The position numbers and the translations under genes are program-made. A model generated the notes under the pieces. That model was not told where the DNA came from and did no database searches. It worked only from the letters and a program-made list of their open reading frames with translations. Of a stretch of 64,000 nucleotides of DNA, positions 48,918-62,210 are shown in pieces. Source of the stretch: Malacoraja senta. Taxonomy: Eukaryota. Each line of letters opens with the position of its first letter. The stretch's first letter is position 1. The stretch is from the NCBI GenBank assembly GCA_038087875.1, contig CM075995.1, positions 434,001-498,000 on the forward strand, read 5' to 3'.

Positions 48918-50481
48918 CTATAGGCATTTAAAAATCAACCACTGATGGGACTGGAGTCACGTTTGGGGCTGTCCTCCGGAAAGGACAGATGTTACTGTAA
49001 TGTCAACATGTGGGCGGCAAGGTGCCGCAGCGGTAGAGTTGCTGTCTTACAGCACCAGAGACCCGGGTTCGATTCTGACTATGGGAGCTGTCTGTACGGA
49101 GTTTGTACTTTCTCCCAGTGACCCCGTGGGTTTTCTCCGGGCGCTCCGGTCTCCTCCCACATCCCAAAGACGCGCAGATTTATAGGTAAATCGGCTTCTG
49201 TGAAATGTCCCGAGTGTGCAGGATAGAACTGCCGATCGCCGGTCATCGCGGACTTCCACGCTGTACCTCGAATTTAAAGAAACTCTCGAATTTAGAAGTA
49301 AACCAAAACTACTGAAATAGTTTGAGGAAGTCTATATCTGAGGTATCTTAACGTTCCCAAACTGATTCACTTGTTCCTGGAGCATTTAAAATCAACCAGT
49401 GATTGAACTGGATTCACATGCAGGACAGACCAGATAAGGACAGACGTCACCATAATCCATATGTGATGATAAACAGTTTGGTGATTATTATTACTAAGAC
49501 TAGCTTTTCATTTCAGGTTTAATTTATTTTAATTACAATTCCCCAGCTGCTCTGTTGGCCACTTGGATGATTCTCCGTAAAACAGGAGCACACAATGTAA
49601 TCAGCAATTCAATCTTTTAATCGGTATAGTGGATATGAAATTTTTGGCATTTACCAAATTGCAAACTACATGCACAAAATTCCCAGTGCCGCAAAAAAAT
49701 ACACTTTGGAATCATCATCGATTTTTACCCCTTGCTGTAGAAAGTTTTCTGGTTAAATAACCGAACAAGTTCGTTTGATTTTCTCTTGTGAAATTTCTAT
49801 TTCAGGACAAGGTCCACAGGATCCCCATGGGATGTACAAAAATAGAATTTTCCGTCCCTAACTGTGGCTGCTGGAAGGCACTGCACCCGGCCAAACATGC
49901 TTATAATGCTGTTTAAGAAGGAACTGCAGATGCTGGAAAATCGAAGGTACACAAAAAAGCTGGAGAAACTCAGCGGGCGCAGCATGTATCTATGGAGCGA
50001 AGGAAATAGGCAACGTTTCGGGCCGAAACCCTTCTTCAGTAAGCTCCTGCTTACAAAGTGACAGACCAATCAACACTTGATCACTTGATTTGTTGTTACT
50101 TGTGGGCAGAGTACCAAGGCAAATTCCTTGTATGTGAATACTTGGCCAATAAACTTACTTACTTACTTACTTGTGCTGGGGTAACTCACCGGGTCAAGCA
50201 ACATCCCTGGAGAACGAGGATAGACGAGGTCACTCTTCAGGGATGCTGCCTGGACATATAGGTCATAAGGTCATAAGGCCATTCGGCCCATCAAGTCTAC
50301 GCCGCCATTCAATCACGGCTGATCTAATTCTCGCTCCCAACCCCCATTCTCCTGCCTTCTCCCCATAACCCCACACTCCCATACTAATCAATAATCTATC
50401 TATCTTCTCCTTGAAAATATCCTGTACCTGTCCAAGTGTCCTAAATGCTGTCATACTACCTGCCTCAATTATCTCCTCTGG

Positions 50482-51237
50482 GAGGTAATATAGTCAAATC
50501 AAAATTTACAATTTAAAGTATTACATAGATTACATTACTCTAATACAAAACTAAATAGAATCTTCCCACATATCTCTCCTATTTGTGATAAATGTCAGCA
50601 TTTAGAGGCTAACTTAACTCATACATTTGTAAATTGTATAAAAATTAAATTAATTTCTGAAGTTGTCAACACCCAATTGGATCCCGACTCAAAACTAATA
50701 ATACTAGGAATATCAGAACAAAGCCTAACACTTACTACAAGCCAAAGAAACTTTCTCGACTATAGTATAATAACCGGGAAAAAATTAATATTAACATTTT
50801 GGAAAGGCCCTATAACCCCCACAATTAAAATGTGGATTATGGAAATGTCGGAGACCCTACACCTGGAAAGAATCAGACTTGTCTTAATGGACAAACAAGA
50901 ACTTTTTGTCAGAATACGGTCTCCATTCATTGACTATTTGAAGGGGTAGATCGGTTCGGCACGGGAACCTGACTGAAGCTTGAACTCAGGATTAGATGAA
51001 AAGTTATACTTTATAATTTACGAACCCATCTCCAATGTTGTATTATTAGTAAATTATTCCATCCTTCTTTATCATGCTTTTTTTTTCTCTTTCTTATTCT
51101 CTATCTATAAAAAAACTAGAAGCTGAGTCAATATACAACTGATAATATTAGCAATGTAAGACTGATATACATGAAATGTTCTTATTATGATATGTACTTG
51201 CTTCTAATAAAAATATATTTTTTTAAAGAAAAAAAAG
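50482..51237 (+). mobile_element. L1-clade LINE 3' fragment
   Basis: QFKVLHRLHYS..CDKC..LTHTFVNC zinc-knuckle, KKLILTFWK..PTIKMW..L.LERIR C-terminus, AT-rich 3' UTR, AATAAA and A-rich tail. Confidence 0.85.
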
Positions 51238-51239
51238 AC

Positions 51240-51720
51240 TCAAGTCAAGTCAAGAGAGTTTATTGTCATGTGTCCCAGATAGGACAATGAAATTCTTGCT
51301 TGCTGCAGCACAACAGAATATTGTAAGCAAAAATACAGAACAGTTCAGTTCAATATACACATAAATAAGCAGATAAAGTGCAATCGGCTGTTACAGTTCA
51401 GAGTCTGTTTGTTGGCGAGTTTAATAGCCTGATGGCTGTGGGGAGGTAGCTGTTCCTGAACCTGGATGTAACAGATTTCAGGCTCCTGTACCCTCTGCCC
51501 AATGGTAGCGGAGAGATGAGTGTGTGGCCAGGATGGTGCGGGTCCTTGATGATGTTGGCAGCCTTTTTGAGGCAGCGACTGCGATAGATCCCTTCGATGG
51601 TGGGGAGGTCAGAGCCGATGATGGACTGGGCAGTGGTTACAACTTTCTGCATCCTTTTCCGCTCCTGGACCCTCAGGTTGCCGAACCAAGCCACAATGCA
51701 ACCAGTCGGCATGATCTCTA
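51240..51720 (-). mobile_element. Rex1/Babar-like LINE 3' fragment
   Basis: TGCIVAWFGN..LKKAANIIKDPHHPGH..RFRNSYLPTAIRLLN; (cttga)n tail; related pieces at 34850-34985, 43975-44220 and 46345-46423. Confidence 0.82.
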
Positions 51721-53239
51721 CTAATATAACAGCATTTAAGACACTTGGCCAGGCACATGGCTAGAATTTCTACCTCCTAGTTCCATATGCACACCACGCT
51801 CTGTGAAAAAGTCACCCCTCATGTTCCTATTAAATCTTGCTCCTTTCACCTTTAATTTATGTCCCTTTTATTGATTCCCCAACCATTGATAAAAGGCCCT
51901 CCAATCAACAGATCAATTCCCCTCATGATTTTATACACTTGGCCTTCATGAACTAATTAAGATCCCAAATACAGACACAAAATGCTGGAGTAATTCAATG
52001 GGGCAGGCAGCGTCTCTGGAGAGAAGGAATGGGTAACGTTTTGGGTCGAGACCCTTCTTCAGTCTTCCTTCCCTCCAGAGATGCTGCATGTCCCACTGAG
52101 TTACTCCAGCATTTTGTGTCTATCTTCAGTTTAAACCTATACATAACTAAGATCCCACATAATTTCAGTAGATTACTTCATGAAAGATGTGCAAACCTTC
52201 ATTATAAATATTTCCCTACATCACATGGTCCGAACTGGGATGGTCAGTTGCATAGACTGATCAGACACAGTTTCGGATGCATCTCCTAAGATATTGAAGC
52301 CCTGTCCACACGACAATTCAGGCTTGAGCTGACAAGAAATATTAAGCAACATTGGTCAATGACAATAATCACCAGAAAGAAGGGTGGTAATGCAGGCTTA
52401 CAACGCCCGAGACCCGGACTCGATCCCGACTATAGGTGCTGTCTGTACGGAGTTTGTATGTTCTCCCCGTGACTGCTTTGGTTTACTCCAAGATCTTCAG
52501 ATTCCTCCCACACTCCAAAGGTTAATTGGCTTGGTATAATTATAAAATTGTCCCCAGTGTGTGTAGAGCGGTGTTAATATGCGGGGATCGCTGGTCGGTG
52601 CAGACTCGGTGGGCCGAAGGGCCTGTTTCCTTGCTGTATCACTAAACGAAACTAAACCAAACCAATTCTCAATCCACGCCAAGGGTAGACACAAAGTGCT
52701 GGAGTAATTCAGCGGGTCAGACAGCATCTCCAGAGAAAAGGAATCATTTTGGGTCAAGACCCTTCATCAGACCGGAAATGTCACATATTTCCTTTCTCCA
52801 GAGTTGCTGCCTGGCCCGCTGAGTTACTCCAGCATTTTGTGCCTATCTTTGGTGTAAACCAGCATCTGCAGTTCCTTCTTACACACTATCTATCCATGCC
52901 ATTGCATTATGCCCATCCCCATGCACTGTCTGAAGAAGGGTCTCGACCCCCTGAAATGTCACCAATTCCTTTTCTCCAGAGATGCTGTCTGACCCGCTGA
53001 GTTACTCCAGCTTTTTGTGTCGCTCCCATGCGGTGCAACTTTAACACCCAAGTTCCTTCCAAAATATAAATACATCGCATTCACTAGTTCCCTAAAGAAT
53101 GGCAGCTGATTACTTAAACTCTTACTTTCCCTTTAACAAATTCAGGCTGGTTCTGCCAAGTTATTTTCTAAGTATTCTGTTATTGCAACCTTCATTACGA
53201 ATTCCTGCATTTCCTTTACAGCTGACATTAGGTTATATA

Positions 53240-53806
53240 TCCTATATATCGGTGAGACCAAGCGCAGGCCTGGCGATCATTTAGCTGAACACCTTCGCTC
53301 AGTCCACCTAGGATCTCCTGGTTGCTAAACACTTTGACTCCCCCTCCCATTCCCACACTGACCTTTCTGTCCTGGGCCTTCTCTACTGTCAGAGTGAGGC
53401 CTAATGCAAATTGGAGGAACAGCACCTCATATTTCGCTTGGGCAGCTTACAACCTAGCAGTATGAATTTGACCTCTCTAACTTTAAGTAACCCTTGCTTT
53501 CCCTCTCTTTCCATCCCTACCCCATCCTAGTTCTCTGACTAGTTTCATTGTCCTCCTGATTACATTTTACTGATTGTGGACCTCGTTGTCACCTTCCCCT
53601 CAGTTAACAATGATCCATTCTACATTTTCCTTGATCTTTCATCCCCTTTGATCTCTCGTTTTCACACCTTACCCTTCCATATCTCTTATGTTTCCCTCTA
53701 CCCTGACTCTCAGTCTCAAGAAGGGCCTCGACCCGAAACGTCACCCATTCCTTCTCTCCAGAGATGCTGCTCATCCTGCTGAGTTACTCCAGCATTTTGT
53801 GTCTAT
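53240..53806 (+). mobile_element. Penelope-like 3' fragment, second subfamily
   Basis: YIGETKRR..EEQHLIFRLG remnants, pyrimidine-rich UTR, terminal module ending ttttgtgtcta. Confidence 0.85.
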
Positions 53807-56037
53807 ATTAGGTTTAGCACATCAGCAGCTCCCTAGATTGCTCCTTTAAATGATAGTTATTATTGCTGACCTCTGATGTGCAGGAGTCAGTCTAAAATCA
53901 ATAAAAGTCTGAACATTGATGACAATGCAACCACTGTCTCGATTGCCACTCTGACTCCACGACTAGATTGGCACATTTTCATCCTTGGGGATTCAATAGT
54001 CATATTGAACTAGTGTCCAGTGTTTCTTCACAGCTTTACAAAAGAAAACTTACTGGATGGACATCATATCATCCGAGCACAATAATTTCATCACCTTGTT
54101 TACCTTTACGACATTATTCCATTTTAAAATGGCCGATGCAAAACGTCACATATTTTCTCAATCAAGATCGCAGGGTTAGTGGTAAATTATTTTAGTTAGG
54201 GACAATGATTATGACACCAATAATAATTTACAACTTTTAAAATCAATTAATAGTCAATTTTAATGCAACACGTCTTAGTGCAAAAAGCTCTCGACTTTCA
54301 TGGTGTTTGCTGTACAATTGGCACCATATTTGCCAGATAAGGTTCCAACCACTCACAATCAATTTACAGTACTTTGACAATTGCTCCAGGTATTACTGCT
54401 GCTTAATATCTATTAAAGTGAGGCCAACACTTCACAAGTTCTACATTGTTAATTGTTCCGTGAGCTGAAATCCAAGACAATAACCACCGCAAAGAAGGGA
54501 CAGATTAAACGCCTCCCCTCGACTTTCAACACATTACAATTGCTGAGCACCACCATCAGAATCCCAGCGGTGAACATTAACCAAAAACCTAAATGTAACA
54601 CATAGAGTGCAGAGAAGATTCATGAGAATGTTGCCAGGACTCGAAGGCTTGACCTGTAGGGAGAGGTTGGGCAGGCTAGGACTTACAGATGCTTGTCTAT
54701 GCAAAGACACGCAGAGTACTGGGGGATCTTGGCAGGTAGGGGCAGTATCTCTGAAGAGCATGGATAGGTGACGTTTCGGGTCAGAATTGGAGGTGTTGCC
54801 TGTCTTGCCCATCAGGCTATTGAACACAACGAATAAGCTCTGAGCTCTGAACTGCAAAAGACTATATTATTATTTGTTATTTGCACTTTATTTGTTATTT
54901 ATTGAACTTTTTCTTTTTTTTCCCCCATTATATACAATGTTTACATATTCACATATTCTGTTGTGCTGCAGCAAGTAAGAATTTCATTGTCCAGTCCGGG
55001 ACATAGGACAATAAAACACTCTTGACTCTTGTCTGTGGATGTTCTCGGGGAATGCTGCCTTGCCTGCTGGGTTATTCCAGCACTTTGTGGCTTTTTATCT
55101 TCATAAATCAGACAAGACCAAGCGGTCAACGTGGCCGGACGCACAAGACCGCAGGGGGAAGCCGCCAAGCCGTACCCGACATTGACCGGAGAGAAAGGAA
55201 CCAGCAACGGCAGACACGAAGGGCAAGGAGCGAGGCCAGTAAGAGTGTGAACTCTGGTCTGGCCATCCGCGCCCTTGAGGTCAGCTCGGGGAACAAAGGT
55301 GGACGGGTGATTGGAGTGGCGTTGGTTCACTGGACGATCTAGACTTCCAGGGAAGGTGACGGCTGGAGGCCCCGCAGCAGCCTGGGGCTCGCCTGGATCG
55401 GGAGCCACTCATTAGACCCAGAGCGCGGACTGGATTTTGAATATGGTGCCAAAACTTGGCGGCCTCAGTGGACTATTTCTGTAAGAAAGACACAAAATGC
55501 TGGGCCCACTCAGCGGGACAGGCAGCATCTCTGGAGAGAAGGAATGAGTGTCATTTCGAGTCGAGACCCATCTTCAGTCTGATCAGTCTGAAGAAGGGTC
55601 TCAATTCGAAATGTCACCCATTCCTTCTCTCCAGAGATACTGCCTGTCCCGCTGAGTTACCCCAGCATTTTGTGTGCATCTTCGATTTCAACCAGCATCT
55701 GCAGTTCTTTCCTACTGACTATATCTGTAAACTGTGCTAATCGGTGATTGTGCTTAGGTATGGCAATACTTCACTGAACTGTATGCCAAAGAAAGGATTT
55801 CACTGTGCGCAAGCAACATGGACCATTTATTCTTTGGAGCGCAAGAGGCTGAGGGGTGATCTAATGGATGTGTATAGAATCATGAGGGGAATTGATAGGG
55901 TGAATGCAGAGTATTTTATCAAGGGTACAGAAATCAAGAACCAGAGGACATAAATTTAAGGTGAGAGGAGCAAGATTTGATAAGAATCCAAGGGGCAACT
56001 TTTTCACTTGTGGGTGGTGGGTATATGGAATGATAAT

Positions 56038-56660
56038 TGACAATAGGTGCAGGAGTAGACCATTCGGCCCTTCAAGCCAGCACCGCCATTCAATGTGATC
56101 ATGGCTGATCATCCCCAATCAGTACCTCGTTCCTGCCTTCTCCCCATATCCCTTGATTCCGCTATCTTTAAAAGCCTTATCTAGCTCTCTCTTGAAAGTA
56201 TCCAGAGAGATGGCCTCCACCGCCCTCTGAGGCAGAGAATTCCACAGACTCACAACTCTCTGTGTGAAAAAGTGTTTCCTCATCTCCGCTCTAAATGGCT
56301 TACCCCTTATTCTTAAACTGTGGCCCCTGGTTCTGGACTCCCCCAACATCGGGAACATGATTCCTGCCTCTAGCGTGTCCAATCCCTAAAAAATCATATG
56401 TTTCAATAAGATGCCCTCTCATCCTTCTAAACTCCAGAGTATACAAGCCCAGCCGTTCCGTTCTCTCAGCATATGACAGTCCCGCCATCCCGGGAATTAA
56501 ACTTGTGAACCTACGCTGCACTCCCTCAATAGCAAGAATGTCCTTCCTCAAATTTGGAGACCAAAACTGCACACATTACTCCAGGTGTGGTCTCACTAGG
56601 GCCCTGTACAACTGCAGAAGGGCATCTTTGCTCCTATACTCAACTCCTCTTGTTATGAAG
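56038..56660 (-). mobile_element. CR1 3' fragment
   Basis: ORFs 56119-56382 and 56300-56572. Confidence 0.88.
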
Positions 56661-57843
56661 AGGACTCCTCTTGGTATCTCTCTCTCAATCTTACCTATCC
56701 TTGTACCTGTCCAAGTGCCTTAAATGCTGTTATAGTAGCCGCCAGAGGAGGTAGTTGAGGCAAATACTACGACAGAATTTAGGACACGTACAGGTATATG
56801 GATAGGAAAGGTTGAGAGGGATATGAGCCAAACACAGGCAAACACGACCAGCTCAGGTGGGGCTCTTGGTCGGCATGGATGAGATGGGCCGAAGAGCCTG
56901 TTTTCGTGCTGTACGACTCTATCTGAGAGCAGGCTTTCAACTTCAGTTAAGTTTAGTTTAGAGATACAGTGAGAAAACATGCGCTTCAGCCCACCGAGTC
57001 TGGGCCGACCAGCGATCCCCGCACACTAACACTGGGGACCAGTAAGAATTTCATTGTTCTATCTGGGACATATGACAATAAAACACTCTTGACAATTTAC
57101 AATTATACCAAGCCAATTAACCTGGAGTATGGGAGGAAACAAGAGATCCCGGAGAAAACCCACGCAGGTCACGGGGAGAACGTACAAACTCCATACAGAC
57201 AGCACCCGTAGTCAGGATCGAACCCAGGTCTCTGGCGCAACTGTACTGTTGCGTAACCGTGCCGCCCTAAAATGGGGCTCAGATTAGGTTCTTGGTCAGC
57301 ATGGATGAGTTGGGCCGAAGAGCCTGTTTCCTTGCTGTACGTCTCTGTCTAAGATCAGACTATAGACGTACAGTGCTGGGGTAACTCAGCGAGTCAGGCA
57401 GCATCTCTAGCACTTTGTGTTTTGTTCAAGATTCCAGTATTTCCAGTTCCTTGTTTCTCCATTCCCAATTTATCTAAGAGATGCCAGGATCTATGCCAGG
57501 ATCTGAAAATAATATCCACCCACTGGTACATCTAATGGGCAGCATGGTGGCGCAGCAGGTAGAGTTGCTGTCTTAGAGGCCCGGGTTCGATCCTGACCAT
57601 GGGTGCTGTCTGTACGGAGTTTGTACATTCTCCCAGTGGCCGTGTGGGTTTTCTCCGAGATCTTTGGATTCCTCCCACATTCCAAAGGCGTACAGGTTTG
57701 CATTCCGATTGGCTGGACATAAGGGTAAATTGTCCCTAGTGTGTGTAAGATAGTGTTAGTGTGCAGGGCTCGCTGGTCGGCGCAGACTCGGTGGGCCGAA
57801 GGGCCTGGTTCCGCACTGTATCTCTAAACTAAACTAAAATAAT

Positions 57844-58179
57844 TAAGAAGGAACTGCAGATGCTGGAGAATCGAAGGTAGACAAAAGTGTTGGAGAAACT
57901 CAGCGGGTGCAGCAGCATCTATGGAGCGAAGGAAATAGGCAACGTTTCGGGCATAAACATTGACTTCTCCAATTTCCGGTAATCCTTGCTGCCTCCTCCC
58001 CTTCTCAGCTCTCCCTCAGCCCTCGGGCTCCTCCTCTTCCTTTCTCCTTTCTTCTCCCCCCCCCCCCCACCTCACCCCACATCAGTCTGAAGAAGGGCTT
58101 CGGCCCGAAACGTTGCCTATTTCCTTCGCTCCATAGATGCTGCTGCACCCACTGAGTTTCTCCAGCACTTTTGTCTACC
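57844..58179. mobile_element. Penelope insertion: inverted terminal module followed by a 5'-truncated forward copy
   Basis: Inverted arm 57844-57951 with tail aagaaggaactgcagatgctgg; forward 57952-58179; flanking duplication ctaaactaaaata. Confidence 0.82.
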
Positions 58180-58587
58180 CTAAACTAAAATATATTGGGC
58201 AGACAGACTTTAAAAAGCATAGATTACTCGTTGCAGCTTTGTAGGCGTATCTTGGAAAACGCCATCCACTATTGCTTTTCCAGATACTGTTTCAGCTGAG
58301 TCAGATGATCAGTTTACATCTCCGTCTCGGCTTTCAATGTCAAACCAAGTCTCTGGACGGCTTCCGGTATTCAGCGAGGCAGTCAAAACTGCATCAAGTT
58401 TCAACAGTTCGCCAGCCCCACTGAGTGTAATACAAAACAGTCTTCTCTTTGCTGGCTTTGATCTGTCTTTTTGTATTCTTTTAATTAATTTTAATTACAC
58501 AAAAACCTTTTCACTGTACTTCAGTACACGTGACTAATTTGTTCTGTGTACCTTATCATATCTCTTGGTTCCCTCTCCCCTGACTCT

Positions 58588-58623
58588 CAGTCTGAAGAAG
58601 GGTCTCGACCCGAAACGTCGCCT
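58588..58623 (+). ncRNA. Minimal hammerhead ribozyme-like motif (representative copy)
   Basis: CUGAAGA-A-GGGUC-UC-GACCC-GAAA-CGUC: core CUGANGA and GAAA, stem II, palindromic ACGU in place of stem III. Stem I is very weak, so activity is unproven. Confidence 0.65.
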
Positions 58624-58717
58624 ATTTCTTTTCTCCAGAGATCCAGCCTGACCCGCTGAGTTGCTCCGGCTTTTTGTGCCTATCTTTGGTGTAAACCAGC
58701 ATCTGCAGTTCCCTCCT

Positions 58718-59600
58718 ACATGGATGGAGATGTGGTTGGCAGACAGGAAACAAAGAGTAGGGATTAACGGGTCACTTTCAGAATGGCAGGCCGTGACTAG
58801 TGGGGTACCGCAAGGCTCGGTGCTGGGACCGCAGCTACTTACAATATACATCAATGATTTGGATGAAGGGATTCAAAGTAACATTACCAAATTTGCAGAT
58901 GACACAAAGCTGGGTGGCAGTGTGAACTGTGAGGAGGATGCTACGAGAATGCAGGGTGACTTGGACAGGTTGGGGGAGTGGGCAGGTGCATGGCAGATGA
59001 AGTTTAATGCGGATAAATGTGAGGTTATCCACTTTGGTAGCAAAAACAGGAATGCAGATTACTATCTAAATGGCGTCAAGTTGGGAAAAGGGGAGGCTAT
59101 TGAGGGAGTGCAGCGTAGGTTTACAAGGTTAATTCCCGGGATGGCGGGACTGTCATATGCTGAGAGAATGGAGCAGCTGGGCTTGTACACTCTGGAGTTT
59201 AAAAGGATGAGAGGGAATCTCATTGAAACATATAAGATTGTTAAGGGTTTGGACACGCTAGAGGCAGGAAACATGTTCCCGATGTTGGGAGAGTCCAGAA
59301 CCAGGGGCCTCAGTTTAAAAATAAGGAGTAAGCCATTTAGAACGGAGACGAGGAAACACTTTTTCTCACAGAGAGTTGTGAGTCTGTGGAATTCTCTGCC
59401 TCAGAGGGCGGTGGAGGCAGGTTCTCTGGATACTTTCAAGAGAGCTAGATAGGGCTCTTAAAAATAGCGGAGTCAGGGGATATGGGGAGAAGGCAGGAAC
59501 GGGGTACTGATTGGGGATGATCAGCCATGATCACATTGAATGGCGGTGCTGGCTCGAAGGGCCAAATGGCTTACTCCTGCACCTATTGTCTATTGTCTAT
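58718..59600 (+). mobile_element. CR1 fragment (RT to 3' end, internal deletion near 59095)
   Basis: SGVPQGSVLGP, FADDTKLGG; jumps from KLGKGE to AIEGVQRRF; (ctattgt)n tail. Confidence 0.92.
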
Positions 59601-59855
59601 ACAAAACTTCCCTTTTATGCAGGAATATCCAAATGGGACATTAAAAACAATAAATAATAAAACTCTGACAGATTTCAGCTCACGGAACAATTAACAAAGA
59701 GCACAGATAGACAGTGGGAACCTTTATCCCAGATGTAAATTGCAAACATTCAAGGCCATAGCTGTGAGGTGATATGGGCTAGGTTTAAATCAGACATGTA
59801 GGGCAAATTTAGTTTTTACATCAGAGGGTGGTGGTTGCCTGGAATGCATTGCCAG

Positions 59856-60171
59856 GGGCGGCACGGTGGCACAGCGGTAGAGCTGAGTGCCTTACAGCGC
59901 CGGAGAACCGGGTTCGATCCCGACTACGGGTGCTGTCTGCACGGAGTTTGTACGTTCTCCCCGTGACCTGCGTGGGTTTTCTCCGAGATCTCCGATTTCC
60001 TCCCACACTCCAAAGATGTACATGTTTGTCGGCTGGTTGGCTTGGTATAATTGTAAATTGTTCCCAGTGTGTGTAGGATAGTGTTAATGTGCGTGAGTCG
60101 CCGGTCGGCACGGACCCGGTGGGCCGAAGGGCCTGTTTCCGCGCTGTATCTCCAAACTAAACTAAACTAAA
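59856..60171 (+). mobile_element. HE1-type V-SINE, full length
   Basis: Head, B box, V-domain, (aaact)n tail. Further copies at about 18378, 31130, 47370 (-), 49012, 52395, 56940 (-), 57537 and 62365. Confidence 0.9.
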
Positions 60172-61153
60172 TGCAATAATGTTTAAAAGACATTTGGATA
60201 GGCACATGGATATGGAGGCAATGGGGGGGAGGGGGGGGGATGTGGATCACATGCAGGCAGACGAGATTGGTTTATCTTACTATCATGCTCAGCATAGACG
60301 TAGTGGGCCGAAGGGCGTGTTCCTGTGCTGTACTTTTCTGTGTTCGATCAATTTTCAGCAAGATTCGATAGGAAATAACAGAGCCCAACAAATTGACTTT
60401 CTGAAGAAGGGTCTCGACCCAAAACGTCACCCATTCCTTCTCTCCAGAGTTGCTGCCTGACCTGCTCAGTTTTTCCAAGCATTTTGTGTTTTTAAAGCAG
60501 CAACAAACATCCACTTAAGATTTTGATTCTGTCACGAGAACTTGGTTTACGTTAAGGCGAGGAGGGAAAGATTCTCACGCAAAGGGTGGTGGGTGTATGG
60601 AACGAGCTGCCGGAGGAGTTAGTTGAGGCAGGGACTATCGCAACGTTTAAGAAACAGGTACGTGGATAGGACAGGTTTGGAGGGATATGGACCAAACGCA
60701 GGCAGGTGGGATTAGTGTAGATGGGACAAGTTGGGCTGAAGGGCCTGTATGCATGCTATGGCTCATGTATTCAATCAGGAGCAAAGGCAACCGATAGTTA
60801 AAAGCTACATCACCCAACACCACCCATGTCTTCAATACTATTTATAACCCAACTACCTAAGTATTGAATTTCAAAACCAAACAAGGGCAATGGGTTCTGG
60901 AAATAAACAATAGGACACAAGAGATTATGATCCAAATAAAGAAATACTGATGCCTGGCTGCCTGTTATAAAATCTGAATAAGAAAATGAAATCTGCCCAA
61001 GGGGAAAAATCATATCAGTTTCTCACGTGGAAGGGAAAAAAAAAATCTACATACTCCAAGTTCATTCACAAATAAAATACGGAGCACAGAAGTGTGCTCA
61101 ATGCAGTCCGTACCAACCGAGTTTCATCAGTTCAATTAGTTATAGAGATACAA

Positions 61154-61387
61154 TGTGGGAATAGGCTATTCGGCCCACTGAGCCTGCGTCGACCAGCAAT
61201 CACCCGTACACTGGTGATAAGACACAAAAATTGTGGGAATAGGCTATTCGGCCCACTGAGCCTGCGTCGACCAGCAATCACCCGTACACTGGTGATAAGA
61301 CACAAAAATTGTGGGAATAGGCTATTCGGCCCACTGAGCCTGCGTCGACCAGCAATCACCCGTACACTGGTGATAAGACACAAAAAG
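61154..61387. repeat. 78-bp tandem repeat, 3 copies
   Basis: Unit starts at 61154, 61232 and 61310; the copies are essentially identical. Confidence 0.95.
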
Positions 61388-61896
61388 CTGGAGTAACTGA
61401 GCGGGTCAAACAGCATCTCTGGAGAAAAAGAATGGGTGACGTTTCAGGTCTCGACCCAAAATGTCACCCATTCTTTTTCTCCAGAGTTGCTGTCTGACCC
61501 GCGTAGTTACTCCGGCTTTTTGTGTCTATCTTTGGTTTAACTCAGCATCCGCAGTTCCTTCCGCAACACCCCGTACACTGGTTCTATGTTATCCCAGTTT
61601 TGCATCCTACACGCTAGGGGAAAATGCAGACGCTAATTCACCTACAAACCAGCACGACTTTGGAATGTGGGAGGAAACCGGAGCGCCCGAGGAAAACCCA
61701 CGTGGTCACAGGGAAAATAGACAAACTCCGCACAGACAGCACCCGTGCTCAGGATTGAACCTGGGTCCCTGGCGTTGTCAGGCAGTAACTCTACTGCTGC
61801 GCCACTTATCCAGAATTTTCCATGGTACTAAACCACTCTCTTTAGAGAGTTGAGAGTGAGCAAGGCCAAACTGCTGGAGAAATTAGCACTACCAGT

Positions 61897-62210
61897 GGGC
61901 GGTCACGGTGGCACAGCGGTAGAGTTGCTGCCATTACAGCGCCGGAGACCCGGGTTCGATCCCGACTACGGGTGCTGTCTGTACGGAGTTTGTACGTTCT
62001 CCCCATGACCTGCGTGGGTTTTCCCTCGAGGTCTTCGGTTTCCTCCCACACTCCATAGACGTACAGGTTTGTAGGTTAATTCGCTTGGTAAATGTAAAAA
62101 TTGTCCCTAGTGTGTGTAGGATAGTGTTAATGTGCGGGGATCGCTGGTCGGCGCGGACCCGGTGGGCTGAAAGGGCCTGTTTCCGCGCTGTATCTCTAAA
62201 CTAAACTAAA
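61897..62210 (+). mobile_element. HE1-type V-SINE, full length
   Basis: gggcggtcacggtggcacagcggtagag...tctctaaactaaactaaa. Confidence 0.9.

Noticed and set aside
58222..58537. Stop-poor unique stretch, nearly open on both strands
   Set aside because: No recognisable protein, an in-frame stop on the gene strand, and no convincing splice-site pair.
61094..61416. ORFs with a 26-aa repeat; superficially array-like
   Set aside because: Translation of the 78-bp tandem. There are no unique spacers, so it is not CRISPR-like.
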